Of a stretch of 64,000 nucleotides of DNA, positions 62,103 through 64,000 are shown one piece after another. The notes below the pieces were generated by a model. It saw nothing but the letters and a program-made list of their open reading frames with translations. It did no database searches and was not told the origin of the DNA. The translations under genes were made by a program, and so were the position numbers. The stretch's first letter is position 1; every line of letters starts with the position of its first letter. The stretch lies in IMG/VR virus record IMGVR_UViG_3300028888_000052; one strand, written 5' to 3'. The DNA is from a virus (taxonomy: Duplodnaviria; Caudoviricetes).

Positions 62103-62174
62103 AGCACACAGGTTAATTTAATTCAATATGATAATAAGATATTGATAATCTAAAAATAAATTAACCTGTGTGCT
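62103..62174. repeat. 18-bp perfect inverted repeat enclosing a second 7-bp stem
   Basis: AGCACACAGGTTAATTTA (62103-62120) / TAAATTAACCTGTGTGCT (62157-62174); inner TCAATAT/ATATTGA. Confidence 0.85.
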
Positions 62175-62205
62175 TTTATTTTTTTCTAAATTTTTTTATA
62201 TAATA

Positions 62206-62247
62206 TTTGAAAAATTTTGATTTGTTTCTATATTATATATGTAAAAC
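62206..62247 (+). promoter_or_regulatory. Early phage promoter
   Basis: TTTGAA-N16-CTATATT-ATATA-TGTAAAAC. Confidence 0.75.
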
Positions 62248-62262
62248 AAATAAATATCAAAT

Positions 62263-63678
62263 ATGGTTAAGAATTTTTATTACCGTTTCATTTTGGTTCT
62301 CACAATTGTTTTTGGAACTCTTTTTATTGGTAGCGTTCCTGAGATGATGAAGACTTCAAACTGGGTCACACTTGCCTTTGTTTTTTTTGGTCTTTATTTT
62401 CTTACTTACAAGGAGTTTGGCAAACTTTCCAATGAGCGTCGTAATGAAATCCTTTACTTGGATTTTTTCAAGAAGATTGGATGTGATTTTTCAAAGGAGT
62501 AATTAACTTAATCATATAAATATCTATGACTTACAATCCTAATAAAGTTTACATTGTTTTTGATGGTACCTCACATTATGGAGTATGGGGATGTGATGTA
62601 GAGATGGAAATTGCATCCAATGATGTAGAGGTAGTTAAAGGTCCTTATTCCGATTGGGATGATTTTGTAGAAGACGAGATTACAAAACTCAATGATGAGG
62701 CTTATGGAACCCACATGTATAGATAATATAAAGTAAAATTATAATAAAGTAATAATATATGAATACAAAGAACAATCTTCGAGTTAGACTTTTCCACCCA
62801 GGAACAATTGGTTTTGAATTTTATTGTGCATTGTTCAGAACTTCTAAGGATTCTGATGGTCATGTAAGAATGTATTGCAATTTCGATTGGGAGAAAGAAG
62901 ATGGTCAAGGAGATTATGATCGTGAATTTGGTGCACCAGATGCAGTTAGGATGTTCCTTTTTCAGGTTAGAATGAACAATGATGATGTTGAAAAGAGATT
63001 TAATTTTGATAAGCCTTATATTAAGGCCGGTCAGTTCTCTAAGAATGGTGTTTATATTGATAATATTGAAACTCTAAATATTGAAGTTACAAATTAATAT
63101 GAAAAAGTGCGTAATTAGAAATTCTGGTGAAGGAAATAATAAGATTTATAAGGAATTGACTGATGAGCAATTTAATTTTCTTGATAGTCTTTTTGATGAA
63201 ATCAATAATTCTCCATATGGTGAATGCTATGCACCTTATATAAGTATTTGGGAAGCAGAAAGTGATGAACTTAAAATGTTTGAGAACAATGACAATTAAG
63301 CAAGCAATTTTGAATGAGAAGGAGTATAATAACATAACTCCTCGTATACTCCCAAGTGTAGAATTTCGCGCACCAGTTAGAAATTATAAAGAGTTTTATA
63401 CTCAAGAGCAAATTGATTATCTTTGGGATCATGGAATGCTTGAGGAATATCAAAAGTGTGGTGCCACATGGGAACGTCCTTGGATGGGTGAGTATTGGGA
63501 GTTCACCGATAAAGGCAAACGTTGGAGAATCTGGTATACAACTGACTTATGGACTTTGATTAAGATTTATGTTCTTCGAGTATATTGGTTCAAATACAAG
63601 TGGCAGAAACTATGTATAAAGTTTGGTCATCATTATGATTGGCAAGATTATGAAGGAGTAAGTCTTGATGAAATTTAA
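62263..63678 (+). other. Hypothetical early genes (62263-62502, 62526-62726, 62759-63097, 63081-63299, 63262-63678)
   Basis: Co-oriented ORFs after the promoter; 62263 has two TM segments. Confidence 0.55.
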
Positions 63679-63837
63679 TCATAATAGAGAAAATGATTAG
63701 CATTAAATATGAAGAAAATAAAGAATTGGTTTAAGAAGCTATTTGTTAAAGATATTACACAAAAGAATATTAATGATGATATTCCTGATATCGATTTCGG
63801 AGAAGTATTTAAAATGAAATTTTAATTTAATAATACA

Positions 63838-63876
63838 TTGAATTTTTTTAATAATATTCTATATTTATAATGTAAC
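63838..63876 (+). promoter_or_regulatory. Early phage promoter
   Basis: TTGAA-N16-CTATATT-TATAA-TGTAA. Confidence 0.7.
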
Positions 63877-63890
63877 AAAATTCAATTTAT

Positions 63891-64000
63891 ATGGAATACA
63901 AAAATATTAAAAAATTCAAGAATAACGAAAATGTTATATTAGCTTGGAAAGACGATGAAAATAAATTCTGGCCATATAATGTAATAGTTATCAAGAATAA
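63891..64000 (+). CDS. Partial CDS, paralog of 14545-14802
   Basis: MEYKNIKKFKNNENVILAWKDDENKFWPYNVIVIKN..., open to the window edge. Confidence 0.55.
   Translation, partial: MEYKNIKKFKNNENVILAWKDDENKFWPYNVIVIKN

Noticed and set aside
306-63453. Many short opposite-strand or out-of-frame ORFs in the track (e.g. 306-512, 801-986, 1642-1929, 5157-5552, 6893-7264, 21025-21390, 23300-23803, 58196-58612)
   Set aside because: They overlap well-supported genes and have Ser/Leu/Ile/Phe-rich antisense composition; treated as shadow ORFs.
1-64000. TAG-to-Gln recoding as in Lak megaphages
   Set aside because: Long genes, including structural and lysis genes, are intact in code 11. TAG is rare but behaves as a stop, e.g. 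59891-59893 ends one base before the nrdG ATG (also 1467 and 39856).
1-64000. CRISPR array, tRNA or rRNA genes
   Set aside because: No regularly spaced repeat-spacer series or tRNA T-loop/cloverleaf was seen by eye. Recurrent intergenic motifs are promoters and terminators. A tRNAscan run would be needed for certainty.

Overview
A very AT-rich, densely coding 64-kb segment of a large T4-like (jumbo/mega) myophage. The host is probably an anaerobic Bacteroidota such as Prevotella: genes lack Shine-Dalgarno motifs, and the window carries a Bacteroidota-type DAHP synthase-chorismate mutase fusion, a Prevotella-like bL12 N-terminus and a class III RNR. Genes read in the standard code. The + strand blocks hold small early genes and metabolic genes (infA, DNA MTase, gp32-like SSB, nrdD/nrdG, phosphoesterases), many downstream of an invariantly spaced motif TTGAA-N16-CTATWTT-N5-TGTAA. 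The - strand blocks hold late or virion genes (gp6- and gp25-like baseplate, fibres, endolysin) plus about 14 proteins with a T4-type capsid-targeting N-terminus. The main candidate system is an eight-gene DNA-hypermodification operon (22282-30040). It encodes two glycosyltransferases, a sugar-phosphate isomerase, an NTP-transferase/kinase, a HAD phosphatase, a dNMP kinase and a U32-family Fe-S hydroxylase. It also carries its own DAHP synthase-chorismate mutase, which would supply prephenate, the oxygen donor of O2-independent U32 hydroxylases. A second candidate system is a set of putatively packaged and injected protein-modifying enzymes (RimK-RimB fusion, GNATs, AAA+ ATPase). All functional calls come from motif recognition by eye; no database searches were run.
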